Shown here: positions 47,901 to 62,294 of the stretch, piece after piece | Position numbering within the stretch: position 1 is the stretch's first letter | Layout: every line of letters starts with the position of its first letter | From: Sphyrna mokarran | Lineage: Eukaryota | Direction of reading: 5' to 3' | DNA length: 64,000 nucleotides | Assembly: GCA_024679065.1 (NCBI GenBank) | Contig: JAGIQG010000012.1 | Span: forward strand, 58,280,001-58,344,000 | Program-made: the position numbers and the translations under genes | The notes under the pieces: generated by a model | The model's database searches: none | Told to the model about the DNA's origin: nothing | The model's input: only the letters and a program-made list of their open reading frames with translations

Positions 47901-50900
47901 GACCGTGCATCCTAAGGTGTCTTTTACTGTAAAATGCCGTGGCGGTGGGAAGGCATCATCCTCCCTTCTTGATATCTTTCCCTGCCATTTTACTGGCCAT
48001 TCTGCCTCCCTCTCAATAGGGCTGATAAAATACAATTCTTTCTCCCTCACAGATGATACTAGACCTGCAGAGTATTTCTAGCATTTTCTATAAAAATAAG
48101 TATTTGGTGTTTGAAATTACCCTTAATGCAATGTTTTACTTTTTAAAAAAATAAGTGAATACAACTAACATTTATTGTTGATGTTATAACATCTCCTCTC
48201 CCATATAGGCAGAGCATAAAAAAAAACTGTCCTGAAATTTATGAATGATTCTTTATCCAATGAAACAGTGATAGTATTGGCTTCAGAAACATGCCTGCAA
48301 TAATTTTATTCAGTTATCCAGTCCGTCAAATGCAGCCAGTTATGTTGTTTGGATTACTTTTTTGGACCATAAATTTTTGCAGCACAGCCAAATGTACTGT
48401 AATATCCCATTCACAACTACTCAAAAAATCCCCAGTTTGTAAAGTTGCTTATATATCCGCTCTGCACCTGACAGTATTCACACCTCTGTTCAGCCAACAT
48501 AACCCAATCAAAAGGATGGAGGATGAAAGAAAAGATAAACTTAACATTTCTGTTGTCGATCATCAGCAGTGTCAACACATCTTTCAGAAGTAAACTGTAA
48601 ACTAACCAGGTATAAGCTGAAAATAATATTTACAATGTAAACTGAACATAACATGCATATGGTTTAGATTGCCAAATTCTTCCCCATTAAATTGTAGCCA
48701 TTAGAAACATCTGGATTCCACAATAAATCTATATAAATTTATATTAAATAAATTTAAGAGCTAAAGACACCATTACAAATAGATAAGTCTTTAGATTTAC
48801 ATTTCTAACACACACCATTGTAAAGTTTATTTAATACTATGATAAAAATAAGGCACCGATAAGATCGGTGTTTTGTAGGCATTAAAATGTGAGAGAACAC
48901 AGGCATCATATAATGTGAATTTGTACTTCAATATAAAATTCAGACACATTTTATCTATTGTGTTGTGTGCTACTGTGCTATGAAATGTGCTTCTGACATT
49001 GATACCACAACAAGCCACAATGTTACTTTGTTATTGCATTCATGATGTCAAGTTGTTAATTAATCATAACATTTATAGAAGTTGTGTGACAATACCTTTA
49101 AAAAGAGGTGATGTTATAAAAATATGATCACATTCCATTCTTTATTGGAGCTATTTAAAACACGTGCTTGCAGACAAACAGCAAAGCCAAAAGCACATTA
49201 CTGCACAGCACTCTACATGACATGGAAAATATTTTTAAAAATAAGGTTCTTTGTTATTCCTTAAAAACAATCATTTCTTGACATTTATGTAGATTCAACC
49301 AGATTCTTAATAGGGAGTAGCAACTTTAGCACAGCTTGTCACGATTCTGATGTGAGTTGATAACTTTTAAGAACCAACTTTAATCCCTCTAGAGAACTTT
49401 GCGAATACAAAATACACTCTCTGACCTATATTTGATGCCCAGAGTATTTGACATGCTCAGGAGCAAGCATGTAGGTTTCAGGTGGGGATTTTAGGGAAGG
49501 CAAGGGTAGGAAGGCTGTGGCTTTCCTTGTGAGGTCCTCTCCTTCTGATTAAACAAAGGAAAGCTTTCCACTTTCCTTGGAAGTCTTTTATCCATCCTAA
49601 TGTTGGAACTTATTTTCATCTATCAGGAAAACCACAGTAACTCTCTATTTAAAGCCAGAGTTAAAATGAAGTTAGAGTCCTTGGAGTCCTATCGATATAA
49701 AAAATTTACAAAGGCCCTGCCTCTTTAAGATGGACACCGTAGGTGCCAACAGATCCTTGCAGATTTGAATCGCAAGTGTTATGAAAGGACTAAGTTTCAA
49801 ATGGGCAACTAATCTGCTTGGTTTTAATTGCCCATCCACCTGGTTTCAGCCTAGGCTAGTAGGAACAAAATCTTCTCTGTATTCAACTACTCCATATTAG
49901 GAATTTCCTGTTAATATATTATAATTTCAGTTCTGGTTGCATTTTGTGTAATAACCAAATTTATCTAAAGGTTATAAATTGTTTTAATTATGCTCACTAT
50001 ATTCTTTACAACATCAGCATCTATGTTTGAACATTGGATGATGAATCTGTAATTATCAAGTAATATCTGAATCTGCAACAGGGGTGCAATTAATATTTGA
50101 TTATATGTTAATTATGGCTATGGATAAACTCCTATTTCAACATTGTTGTTACAAGGCTAGTGTTGCTTTTAACTTAAAATGCATCATTCATCCAGACTCT
50201 TTCAGGCTATTTGCATAAAGGCACTACAAGTAAACCTGACATCAAAATAGTGTAAATTAAAAAAAAATCCTCAATTCTATTTTTATATGTTGCCAGTAGG
50301 ACTTTGTTTAATTCTTTGATATTTGTCAAATAACGTATTGCGTCATCTTATTTGATGCCACTACATGACTCTAACTGACAACAGAGCAATGTAGTAAATG
50401 TGTTGAGGGTTTTAAAGATGTTATTATCCTTGAACACATTACAAAAAGGCTTATACTTGAATGAAAAGGCACAATGATACATAGTCTAACATTAACAACT
50501 TTACAGGACATTGTACTCCAGCAGAAAAATCTGTTAGCACCTTGGTTTGTTCAATTTTCATCATTTTCTAGTCACCCTTTTTGCTCTTCTAGTTTTTTTT
50601 CTGCTTTTTGGTGGTGTTTCATTTATCTTTTGATTGATTTATATTTTGAGTTATATTCAGCTTCTTTCATTATCGTTTTCTAATCTATTTATGTTCGTTC
50701 CACATTTTCTTGTGAAATTTGTGCTGGCCTACATGAGGAACGTTAGGACTGAGAATTCGAACCCTGCCTGTTTTGGTGCACAGTGCTTCCGAATATGGAA
50801 TGAGTAGGGCATGTCAAAGTAGTCATAAATCTCTGAGCAATATGCCTTAACATTTGAAAAATACATTATCCCTGATGCATCAGTATATCATTTGTATTTT

Positions 50901-51015
50901 TGCATGACAGCCTTTCCAACATAAAAAGAAAAATCCCACAGATGCTGGAAATCTGAAATAAAACTGAAAGCGTTGGAAATCGGCTGGTCTGGCAACATCT
51001 GTGAGTGAGTTAGAA

Positions 51016-51718
51016 GGCTGAATTTTACACTCTGCCAAGGTCCCGTATCTCACCACGTCCCCTCCCATGACAACTGACTGGCATATATGTCAAGGGGAGA
51101 TATCCCACCCCCCTCCCAACTTGGGTGGGCAGTCCCACAGCCATTTAATCTCAGTGGGGCATTAATTGGCTCAGGGAAAGATGTCCACCCCTATCTGGGG
51201 AAGGCAGACACATCTCTGGGAGTTCCCAGCTAGTCAATTGCTGGCAGCTCTCTACTTTGGAAGTGTCACTGAGTGGCCACTGCTGGGTTTGCACATAATC
51301 ACCAAAATGCCACGGAAGCCAGATTTGGAGGCAAATCAGAGATTATGGTGGGACTAGGCTAGCAGGTCTTGATGACAGGGGAGAAAGAAGCGGCTGGGGT
51401 GATAACGTGTAGGGTCGACAGATCGAGAGGAAAAGGAAAACAGGAAGGAGTCCCTGTGATGGGCCAAGAAGATCTGTGAAGGATATGCCTCAACTTATGA
51501 ACCAACAGCCTGAGAGGTAGAAACTGCTGAGCTTCCTATTCAATGCTAGCCTCCACCTGACACAGGAAAAAATGCAGTGGAACCGGAACAGACATTAAGT
51601 AGCTACTAGTTGGTCATCATCATTTATAAAGTTGAGGCAATTGCCAGGAATATTGTATCATGCCCTGTTTACAGCCTCTGCCTGTCTGCCAATCTGTTCC
51701 TGGTTAAATACTCTGCCC
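51016..51718. mobile_element. Harbinger-type MITE inside a palindromic Penelope-like element (arms ~50925-51010 and ~51719-51790)
   Basis: Ends ggctgaattttac / ttaaatactctgccc; the flanking arms are inverse copies of ccacagatg.tgccagac..atttccag...ttt.atttcaga. Confidence 0.55.
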
Positions 51719-53834
51719 TGTTTCTCTCTCCACAGATGCTGCCAGACTTGCAGAGAATTTCCAGTGCTTCTGTTTTAATTACAGCCTATTCTGTGGTCTG
51801 TCTCAGTGAGTTTGCTAATTTAGGGCCAACTGTGGGTAACTTGGTGCTGCGGGCCCATTCTCAAGACATACTGTGTTGTAACTACCCAAACTCATTTTAT
51901 GTGTGGCTACAGACAGGCAAAATGTACATTCCAACAGTCTGACCTGGTTTTGGCCCAAGTGAAGGGTACATTGATACTCAGGCCCAGGTTTTCACCATGA
52001 CAGAAAAATTCTTCATTGTGGCGAAAAGAGTAGAGATGCTTGAAAATCATATGTCCCTTTTGCGAATATTTTTGCAAGGGAATAGGGGTGGAGCCATGTT
52101 TCAACAAGCACAGTTTATGGAGACAGCTAACCATTTATATCTTCTGCTAACTCCACTGAAGTGGGATTTTGATAAGTCAGATGTGTGAAACCCGATGTGT
52201 GCAGATTAAACCAGGTAAGAGCAAGTCTGAGCTTGATGGCTGCTTGGATAGCCCTTGGGATTAGCAAGGTACCACTTTGAATCTGGTCCCAGTACTTCTT
52301 TGGAATAGGAAATGAAGGAGGGCAAGTATTAAAATTAGGCATAGACGTGTGTAAAAAGTACATAAACTCATTACTACCAAGCTCATTGGAACTGTCAACA
52401 GACCTATCAAACTGTTTTATCATTGGGACTTGTCAAGTTATTTTAAAGTGTAGCTATTTAATTTTTTGAAGAAAACTATTTAAAAAATGATTGCTTGCTA
52501 TTTCACTCTGTTGAGTTTCCATTATTGGATGACTGCTACATAATTGATTTCACAAGTATTGACTATCACAGTAGGATGTCTTCCATTTCACAGTTTGATT
52601 GCAAATGGAGGGGGTGGGTGGAACGACTGGCAATCAGGGATAGTGATTAGTGGGTGATGTCTGGGGGTGTGGTGGTGGTGGGGATGGAGGTAATGAAGGC
52701 TGGGCAGTGGGATTGCAGACATCATCAGATCTCACAGTTGTACACAATGCACTGGGAGATTGGGGCCCACATATGCAATAGCGCTCCTACAGCTCAGCAG
52801 CTGTCTTCCTGGTGAGTTTAGGCTCCGCCCACTCTCAAGCACATTTTGATTCAGTTTATTTTCTAAATACCATACATTTGAGTGTGGGAGCTCACAAAAC
52901 AAAGGGTGCGATTCTCTCCTGTTTTCAAGCTTGTTCGGCACATAGAATCTTTTGGTAAGATCGTCCCCTATCTCTGGGAGCCAGAGACCAAAATAAGTTC
53001 AAGGAATCCCAGGGTAAGGAAGACTTAAGGTACAAAGGAGCTGATTGGGGTCCATGGTAGAGGTCGGGAAGAGAGGGGAGAGTTCAGAGGCCATTGGATC
53101 TCAAGGAGAGACTCCTGACTTCAAAAGAGTCGAGGTGTCCCCATCCTTCTAGTGCAAGATGTTCTATCGATTTTCGGCCTTCTATCACGCAAGTTCAATC
53201 CTCCTGCCAGCCTGAAAATTGAAGCTAGGCAGGAAACATCTTCAATTGTGACAAGAGTGGGTTTTCCATCCAAGGCCTTGCCCACCCCAGTGTAAAATTG
53301 CTGCCTTGTTGAGGTTGGTGAGAACCTAGAGGGAATCCTATTCCTTCAATTTCACACCCCCACATAAAAATTCATCGGTAGAGAAACGTAAAATTCTGGC
53401 CCATATCTTTATTAGATTTCAAATTCTCCAAATTATTTTCTCTTTCTAAATATATCTTTCACTTCTTACTTATTCCTGTCTTCTTTCTGCTTTCATTGTT
53501 TTTTTTAAACTTACTTCTCTTTATTTCTTGCCATTTATAATGATACACTTCCAGGGCATTCTGTACACACTCTGGAAGGTCTGGAGAATTCCTGATCATT
53601 TAAAAAAATCATATTCAAGACACTCAGAAACAAGTTCTATTATGAATTAACATAATAATATTACTAAGACATCTGTAGTAGCATTATTACAGTAAAATTA
53701 ATATATTTATGATGTGCAACTATTTTTCTAAATAATTATTGCACCACTATTTCTGTTCAATTTTCTTCATCCACATTTTCTGTACTTTCTTCCAAATTCT
53801 CATTTATATCAACAGCAAGTTATTATTCTAACTT

Positions 53835-54045
53835 ATTGGTTAGCTCAGTTGGCTGGAAAGCCATTAGAACAAATAGAGTGATGCCAACAGCATTGGTTCA
53901 ATTCTCATACAGGCTGAGGTTATTCATGAAGGCCTGCCTTCTCAACCGTTCCCCTCGCCTGTGGTGATCCTCAGGTTAAATCACCATTAGTTCTCTCCCT
54001 CAAAGGGGAAAATAGGTGACCTGCGACTATGGTGATTTTACCTAT
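53835..54045 (+). mobile_element. tRNA-derived SINE
   Basis: tagctcagttgg (A box), ggttcaattc (B box), gctgaggttattcatgaaggcc, gactatggtga tail. Confidence 0.75.
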
Positions 54046-54144
54046 TGTTCTACAGCACCTTTGACATATTGAAATATCACAAAGTGCAGTGGTAAAAGGC
54101 CAAAAGGAATTGGGAAAGTTCTATGAAGTTACCAAAGACAAAGA

Positions 54145-55210
54145 GGGCGATTCTCTCATCCTGCTGTGTTGATTTCTTTTTGTGTAGTGGGCTGGGAAAA
54201 GTGCATGGGGGTTAATGCAAGGTGTTCCTGCTAACGTATCCCAGCGCCGGATTTCTGGCACGGTCTGCTCTATGTCAGAAATCAGAGGGATGGCAGGGCT
54301 AGCATTTAAATAATACTTTAAATATCACTTAAATGCTATTAATGGGCCTAGGACTGAATTCTCTGGATCTGCTAGCCTCTTCCAGCACACCAGAATGTTT
54401 CACTGCAGTAAGGTTTAGAGTAACTCTCTACTTTCAGGAAACTGGCAGCCCAAACTCACTGGAGTGAAGAGGAGGAAATTGGGGCCATACAGGGGGTTGG
54501 GTAGTGGGAGGGTGGGGGTGATGTCCCCTGGGCATGGGCATCTTGGCAATGCCAGCTCTTGGCACTGTCCCAAGGGGCAATGTGTCTATGTGCAGGGGGC
54601 ACCTTGGCATTGCCCACTGGGCATATGGCAGTGTCAAGAGGATAGGACATTTGTGGGGTGGGGCCTAATAGAGCAATCGGTGAGGGGGAGTCCACTCTGC
54701 CATTGAGATGGATAGGGACAGGACAGAGACCAGCAATTGGAGTGGGCTAGGGTTGGGGTCTGCCAGGAGGATCTGCTTGCAGGAGGCTGTGCACTGCAAG
54801 GGGTTGGGGAGAGACTAGAGATTGGGGCAGTCTGGGATGCGGGGGACTCGAGGCTGGCCTGACAATGGTCAGGAGTCGCAATCGGGCCATGGGGAGTTTG
54901 GGGGGGCAGCACTGTGGGGGTCCTGGGGCTGGCCAGCAAACGAACTAGCCAGCAAACAGAAGGCTGACAATTCAGAGCCACTGCGCATGCACATAAGCCT
55001 GGAATTGGCAGCCTCCTGCAAGACTAGGCCCTGCCCCATCCACTCCCCCCACACACCTCCCGAGCTTTTAATGATAATCATAATTCTGACCTCTATATCG
55101 CACAGAATGTAGGAGATTCTTGTGTGAACTCCCACTGAAAAAACTACCAGAATTATTCCAGTTTTCCTGCAAATTCAGTACTTACAAATTTTTTGAGGGA
55201 GAATGCCACC
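54145..55210. mobile_element. Harbinger-type non-autonomous element
   Basis: gggcgattctctc / gagggagaatgccacc ends; interior with ggcaatgcc / ggcactg repeats like 2545-3388. Confidence 0.55.
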
Positions 55211-55365
55211 TATAATTAAAAATACAGGTTTTAAAAGCAGGAAGTGATGTTCAAAGAGATTTAGGGAAAGAATTCCAGAGCACTGTTCTGTGTTGAGTAT
55301 CACTTTCCTATGGGAATAGTATCTGTTCCCAGTTGGCATAAGTCCTGCTGAGATCTGCTGTGAAA

Positions 55366-56283
55366 ATAGAACATAGAACATAGAACATTACAGCGCAGAA
55401 CAGGCCCTTCGGCCTTCGATGTTGCGCCGACCAATTATGAAGAAAAAGCAATGACCCTCCAGACTAAACCATTCCCTTCTCTTCCATAAACTTATCAACT
55501 AACCTCTTAAACGCCACCAAACTTGGCGCATCTACAACTGCCGCAGGCAGGGCATTCCACTCCCTAACCACCCTCTGGGTAAAGAACCTACCTCTGATAT
55601 CCGTCCTAGAACTATCACCCCTTAATTTAAAGCTGTGTCCCCTCGTGCTAGCTTTCTCCATCCTAGGAAAAAGGCTATCACTTTCCACCCTATCTAAACC
55701 TCTAATCATCTTATATGTTTCGATTAGGTCCCCTCTTAGCCGCCTCCTTTCTAACGACAACAACCTCAAATCCCTCAGCCTCTCTTCATAAGACCTGCCC
55801 TCCATACCAGGCAACATCCTGTAAACCTCCTCTGTACCCTCTCCAATGCCTCCACATCTTTCTTATAATGTGGGGACCAGAACTGCACACAATACTCAAG
55901 TGCGGCCGCACTAGAGTTTTGTACAGTTGCAACATGACGTTGCGGCTCCGAAATTCAATCCCCCTACCAATAAAAGCTAAGACTCCATATGCCTTCTTAA
56001 CAACCTTATCGACTTGACTGCCTAATTTCAGGGATCTATGCACATACACACCAAGATCCCTCTGTTCATCAAGACTACTACGAATCCTACCATTAGCCCT
56101 ATACTCTACACATTTATTATTTCTGCCATAGTGCATTACCTCACACTTTTCCACATTAAACTCCATTTGCCACCTCTCGGCCAGCTCTGCAACTTGTCCA
56201 AGTCTCTCTGCAAACTATAACACCCCTCTTCACTATCTACCACTCCACCGACTTTGGTGTCATCCACAAATTTACTAATCCAT
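55366..56283 (-). mobile_element. Young 5'-truncated CR1 LINE, near-identical to 18917-19835
   Basis: Same 3'UTR and tail and long identical stretches ([33 protein letters not shown]); several 1-bp frameshifts. Confidence 0.97.
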
Positions 56284-59044
56284 AAGATAATCCATAAAAT
56301 AAGGGTATAATTTCGAGGAAACTGACATCTCGTTTAGTCATCATCCCTTGAGTGATCATGAAATGTGGCCAAGTGACCCATTGATTCCTCCCCACATAGA
56401 GTTCCTAACCATTCTATTTTCAATAGGATTCTACCAGAATGGATGATTAGCCTTCAGTAATTGCTGACTCAGGAAAACAGTCCTTGCAACTCATACATAT
56501 GGAGTAACCTGACTTGCAAGCAAACCCTGCTTAGTCATCTTGCTATTGAGACTTCAACATTCCTTACCAGTTGTAAGCCAAATGGTATCAAGAGTCAATG
56601 AAGATTGTGTAGGGATTTTGAGCTCTGAGCAATTAACTAGAGAATGGAGAGAGTGTCTGTGGAGTGTGGGGCTGAGGCAGAGGCAGGGGCAGAGGGTTGT
56701 TGGCGTGGTGGATAGGTGGGTGGGTAGATAGACAGACAAAATTGTAAATGCGAATTATATGAACCTATGACATGCGTTTCTGTGCAACATGTTTTATTAT
56801 AGGGTTCAGGAAGCTCTGGTACTTCTGTCTGAGGGCTGAGCCTCACCTCTGAGGCTACAGGTCAAGGGTAGGATGTGAGAGTCAACAATATATATGCAAA
56901 TTGAAAATATTTGGTTTATTATTCATATAACGTGTTGTCTATTGTGGGAAAATATTAGATCCTCAAACGTCATACAATTCACTGACATGTCAAATATCAT
57001 TTGATCAAATCTGCAGGGATACATTAGAGTTGGCAGCTCTCATCCCTACTCAAATTTAAAGAGGCAGTGCAAACGAGTTGGAATCTCCTTAGAAAAACAT
57101 GTTGGATGGAGTTTAATCCAGACCTCTGGGGATCTGGTGACAACCACTTGACACTTCGTTTAGGGAAGGCTAATCAGAGGCCATCAGCTCCCCATTACTG
57201 TTGGTGCTCCAGGGAGCAGAAGCTGCTGCTGGCAATACACCCTGCAGCTAGATCCAGGATTAGTGAGGGCCCCAGATCACAGGTGAGTAAAGCAGGGTGG
57301 AAGTTATAGGGATGGGGTTGCAGAATGTGGAGAGAAGGAAGGGGAGGGTGGAAGATGTGAAGGGGAGGGGAGGAGAGAGGGTGTGGAGGGAGGGTGTGTG
57401 GAGAGGGGGGAGGGTGTGGGGGCAGAGCAGATGAAAGGGCAGGGGGTGGCTCTTAGTGAGCCCCCTTTCCAATGCTACGTCCCTAGATCAGCAACTGGGT
57501 TACTGATAATAAGGGACTCCTCCCCCACCCACTCCCAGAAACGCACTGCAAATACAATAGTGTTTGCTTTTTGAGTTGTCCACATGGTGACTGCCCCACC
57601 CGCTATTGACTGAAGAATACCAGTGGAGGCAGGATGAATCTATTAGGACTGAGGTGGGAAGGGGACTGGCACCCTCCTACAAATTAAATGTCTTCCCACC
57701 TCCAACCTTGTTTTGAGGGAGGGCACTGAATTCCATCCAACATGTTTCTAAACTGAATAATCTGGTATCATTTAAGTATATTTTTTACATTCTGCCCTCT
57801 CTAACCCCAGGAATTTCAATGGCTTCATGTTCTTTGATACTGAATCTGTTGCATCTACATCTGGAATTCAGAGGGAGAGATAGATCATTTACCAGCAAAC
57901 TCTCGGTGAAGAATTGTCTTATTGGAAGAATCATTGCTCCTTTTGCTGTAATTTTGATTCGTTACATCTATATTATGGTTTATTTTATTTCTTACACTTG
58001 TTTTTCTTTCTATAGATTCTGCCTTATCTTCCTCTTATCTCTCTTTTTATTTCTCTAATACTTTGTACATATTAGTCTTACATTTTTGCTTCAATTTTGC
58101 TAATTTCTTCACATTTATTTAAACTTTTTTTCTGTTACTACTTTTTAAGTCACTTTTCTTTCTTTTCTGTTGCACTTTTGTTTCTTACTTTTGACTTTCC
58201 ATAACACCCTTGATCTGCCGATTTCTTGAAAGAAAACATAATATGTGATTTGTGATACTGGGGTCATTTTTGCCACTTCCTCAGTCAGCCTGGTTTGCCT
58301 CGAATGTTTGCTTAAACTGCTGATGTTGTTCCCTTCCCTACACCTGCACACATAGCACCAAGTCTTCAGCACAGATATGTTTATCACAGTACTTTGTGAA
58401 TCAATTAGCACTGTACTGTAAATAGAAGAAGCATGTTGGTAATTGCAGTCTGGGACTAATATAAACTGCAAAGATTGGAGCTATTGCTAAAAAGAAATGA
58501 AATTCCAGAAGAGGACTCTTATGTAAAAAAGAGCAGAGCTTGGTCCCTGTCTGGCATTGTCATTGAATCTGCCTGAAAACTAGGAATGGACTATTAGCAC
58601 AATTTTTTTAGCTTGAAGCAGATACCTTCAGCTTGCCACATCTTTTTTTTTAACTTCATTTGAATTATATTCCAAACAGATGATATGGTTAAACCTTTGG
58701 ATATCCTTTTAATGTGTAGTTTATAGACCTATAGCATACTCTATGACATTACAAGTTAGCAATAATTAGCCTTAAATTGAGTAATAGAAGACTTAATTTG
58801 AACATGGTCATCTTATAATCTTTTGTGCTTTACATTTCATTTCTTTGACCTAAGGTCCCCCAGTTTGTGCACTATTAGCTGCTTAAGAGGACAGAGAATC
58901 AAATTGTTATTTTTCTCTGCCAACGGTGCTCGGTGAGCATTTGGACAGATAGAAGGAGCTGTGGATAGGAATCAGTCACCTATCATTATGTCTTCTTGTG
59001 CCTACTAGTGGGGTTGCATAAGGATATTATTCAGCTGAGATTAT

Positions 59045-60052
59045 GGGCTAGATTTTCATGGAGTGAGAGGACTCAATGATATGAGTGAAAATATGGCCAG
59101 GACTGAATCTGGGATTTTTGATTCCATTCTCAGAATTTCTGATTTTCAGGAGATCTTTTTAAGGGTAAGGATTGGATTGGTTGCCAATCTGCATTTGGTA
59201 CTCCCAACCTAGCTGGCTCCATTATGGGAATAGGCATGTCTAGTCTTCCACAATTTTCATAGAATCAGGCCAACCTTCAAAGAGCTTAGGTTCACGGCAA
59301 AGAATACATAATGAGGCTTGGCTAAGAGCCCATAAATCCATTAGATTGTTAAAATAGCTGGACCCAGGGAAAACATTGTTTGATTACCAGCTCTGGTTCT
59401 GATTTCTTCTGTCAAGTGTACAATGTTTATTACACAACTTAAAGAGAGTTCAAGTGCTTGCAGTTTGTCCAAATGATACTTTAAAGAATCTGGATGATTG
59501 ATAATTTTATCACTCTATAGTAAAAAGGTCTTTTTTAGAAAAGTGGGAAAGTTATCCATGAATGACTTTTAAAAGTGAAGGTATGGGGTTCATTGCTTCC
59601 ATAGTGTATAGTGAGTGAATGTACATGGAAGTACCAAAGCTTGTCATGGAGGGCATGAGGAGGTGGGTGTGGTCATATCTTAGCATTGGAGAATAAGGGA
59701 ACAGGGAAGTGTATGAGAGCGTACCTTTGCATGGAGTATGAGAGTGGATGAGTGGCAGCAGGTGATATGGGGAGAATATGGGAGTTGAGGATGTATGAGG
59801 GACAGGGCTAGAGCACTTACACCTTTCATTATAACCTCACAGTCAAGGCAGACATTTTAAACACATCACCTCGGCACTGGCATCCTACAGTTGCCTCTGA
59901 ATCTTTTCCTGAGTTGTGCTGGCCCAACTGTAGCCCACATCTACCCTTTTGGAATGAAAATCCTGTTTTTTCTGGCACTTTCTCCCAAGCTAGGTGGACT
60001 GTGTCAGGAATTTTCCCAATCCCTGCTATCTGACATGTGGATGAAAATTCCA
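59045..60052. mobile_element. Probable decayed Harbinger-type non-autonomous element
   Basis: gggctagattttca start and tgaaaattccatcc end resemble the other MITE termini in the window. Confidence 0.4.
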
Positions 60053-60188
60053 TCCTCTATCATACATCACTAGCTGAGTATATGTGATGCTAACAAAAGC
60101 CATTTTGTTATGAGTTCAGCAGTAATGACTCATACGGAGAAAAACATGCATTTGACAAAAATGGCAAACAAGATGGTATCATATCGAT

Positions 60189-60194
60189 TTTATT
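60189..60194 (-). terminator. Candidate SYT14 polyadenylation signal AATAAA (3'UTR ~60170-62294)
   Basis: AATAAA on the minus strand followed by a U/GU-rich tract (atcttgtttgccatttttgtc). It sits at the end of the repeat-free AT-rich stretch after the stop codon; TE sequence resumes near 60050. Confidence 0.55.
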
Positions 60195-61631
60195 ATTTCA
60201 ACCCATTCTTACCCAGCTGGATCTAAATTATTTGGCCAACAGTCTGACAGTGCCTGGATTTACTTCTAAATAAAATGATTAAATAAAACAGCTAAAACAT
60301 TTGTCTTCTGTTTTGCTGGATCTAAAAACTGAGAAGCTTCTGCGCGATACGGATAATTAGTATCTAAATATAAAGTCCAAAACGTTAAGGTGAAGTTCTA
60401 GGTTCCAGAATTATTGAAGTCCTCAGTAAGCCCATATTGCAAATACTTTCCTACAGGGTCTGACAATGTAATTTTGTCGTCATTCCTACACCAGAAAGGA
60501 CTAATACAAATTGAGCACATTTTTCTCAGATAATTTGCATGTACCTAGCAGCTACATTCCCAGTGTTGCTACCAATACAAATCAATAACTGACTAGATAT
60601 CTAAAAGTGGTTGCTGATAGCTTATTTCTCTCATTTTTTGGTGGAGTTTACTAAAAAAATTATTTTTAAGTTAGATTTTAAACAGTTGCTTTGTTGTTTC
60701 AGCCAATGTGCTTTAAAAGAGTGGCTGTCAGACAGCAATTGCTTGTCATATCAAAATATGAAATATTGAAGTTTGCTGTAATATTTGATAATTATATTAA
60801 TTTTGTATAAAAAACTTAGTCATAGTTCAATGCAGCCTATTAAAGGATAAATTAAGCAGCATTGAATAAAACTGATCTTATTTGATGTTCCCATAATGTT
60901 TGAACACATTATTCATTTTTTAAAAATGGTATCTTATTGACAATTTCTCTGAAAAACAGAACTAAATTTGATTTTATCCCCGCTAAAATTATGTATACTG
61001 AAATATGGTGTTATGAATTTGCTTTGTGCTCATAGAATTAACAATGCTGGTGATGGGAAAATTAATTTCCTCCAATCTCATATTGTGGCAGTCTATGCTA
61101 CTTCTAGGTCATGTACAGAATGGTGTGGATGTAGGTCAATTTTCAGTAGACACTGTGGAAAAGCTGGCATTGGTAACTACAAATATTCCATGAAGAGGCT
61201 GTATATAATTTACACAGCAAATGCACACTTTATGCAACTGTTATATCAGAGATACTGAAGAAATGCATACTAGTGCTCCCCATCCACAATGTACCATGTC
61301 CTGCTCTCACATAGAAGGCTTTCTGCTTTGGTGACCAAATATAATGCTATTTTACAGCATCCATGTACAGGAGTTAAGAGATTGATCAAGACATTGGCCA
61401 TAGGGCACAGCTGAGAAGAAATTTTTAGCTTTTAATCCCGTGAGTACTAAAGGCACCTTCACATTCCATATAACTAATTACTCTGGTGAGTCATTATTTC
61501 TGTATTTTTAAATTCATCAAAAAAGAGAAAATTAATTTCAGCACAATTAATAAGTATTTTTGAAAATTAATAATTGTGGCCAGTTGGCTTCTGATATATT
61601 GACCATTCAACAGTATTACTGTATTTGATTT

Positions 61632-61667
61632 GTGTGATACTGGCATTTGGTGTGATACTGGCATTTG
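61632..61667. repeat. Perfect 18-bp tandem duplication (gtgtgatactggcatttg)x2 in the SYT14 3'UTR
   Basis: Direct reading. Confidence 0.9.
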
Positions 61668-62294
61668 AATGCAATTTCTTTCTGTCACCAAGTTTACAAT
61701 GATCAGTTATGGGAAATCAAGAGGAACCCACTTCAACAAACGTAAACAGATTCCAATATTGGTGATAGGACAAGAAAATGTTAGGAGCTGCATTCCCTAC
61801 TTTTGAAAATCACTAAAAGATGATACATTAATATTTCACTGGTACATCGATTTGATTGTAAAACTGCTCAATTTATGTCTCACCAAAATAATTTGCTATA
61901 TGGTAGTTTCACCTATTATGTAGCCTACATTCCAACGTCACAGAAAAATCTTGTGTCATAAGTTATGACCACTATCTTACTACACATCCTCAACTAGTGA
62001 TGTGAACACTATAGATGGTGTTACTTGGGCTTTTCAAAAAGTATAATTTTTCTCTAATTTTCTAAAATCTCTTGTGCCTCATTCTAAATGTTGCACCAAC
62101 AGTAAATGATACACATTATACAGGAAATTGTGTTCCCTCACATTTTCCTTGAAATCATTTCTTTCCAGCATTATCATGAACTGAGCCAATAATGAGGCAA
62201 TTGTAGTGTTCTGCAATCTTTAGTTTGGTTAAGAAAGAGTCTGAAAGATATTGTTTTGAACCCCTGAGCCAAAGCCCACAACAGTCCACATTCA

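Noticed and set aside
53835-53915. tRNA gene
   Set aside because: A and B boxes are present but there is no cloverleaf; it continues into a SINE body, with a second copy at 37780-37990.
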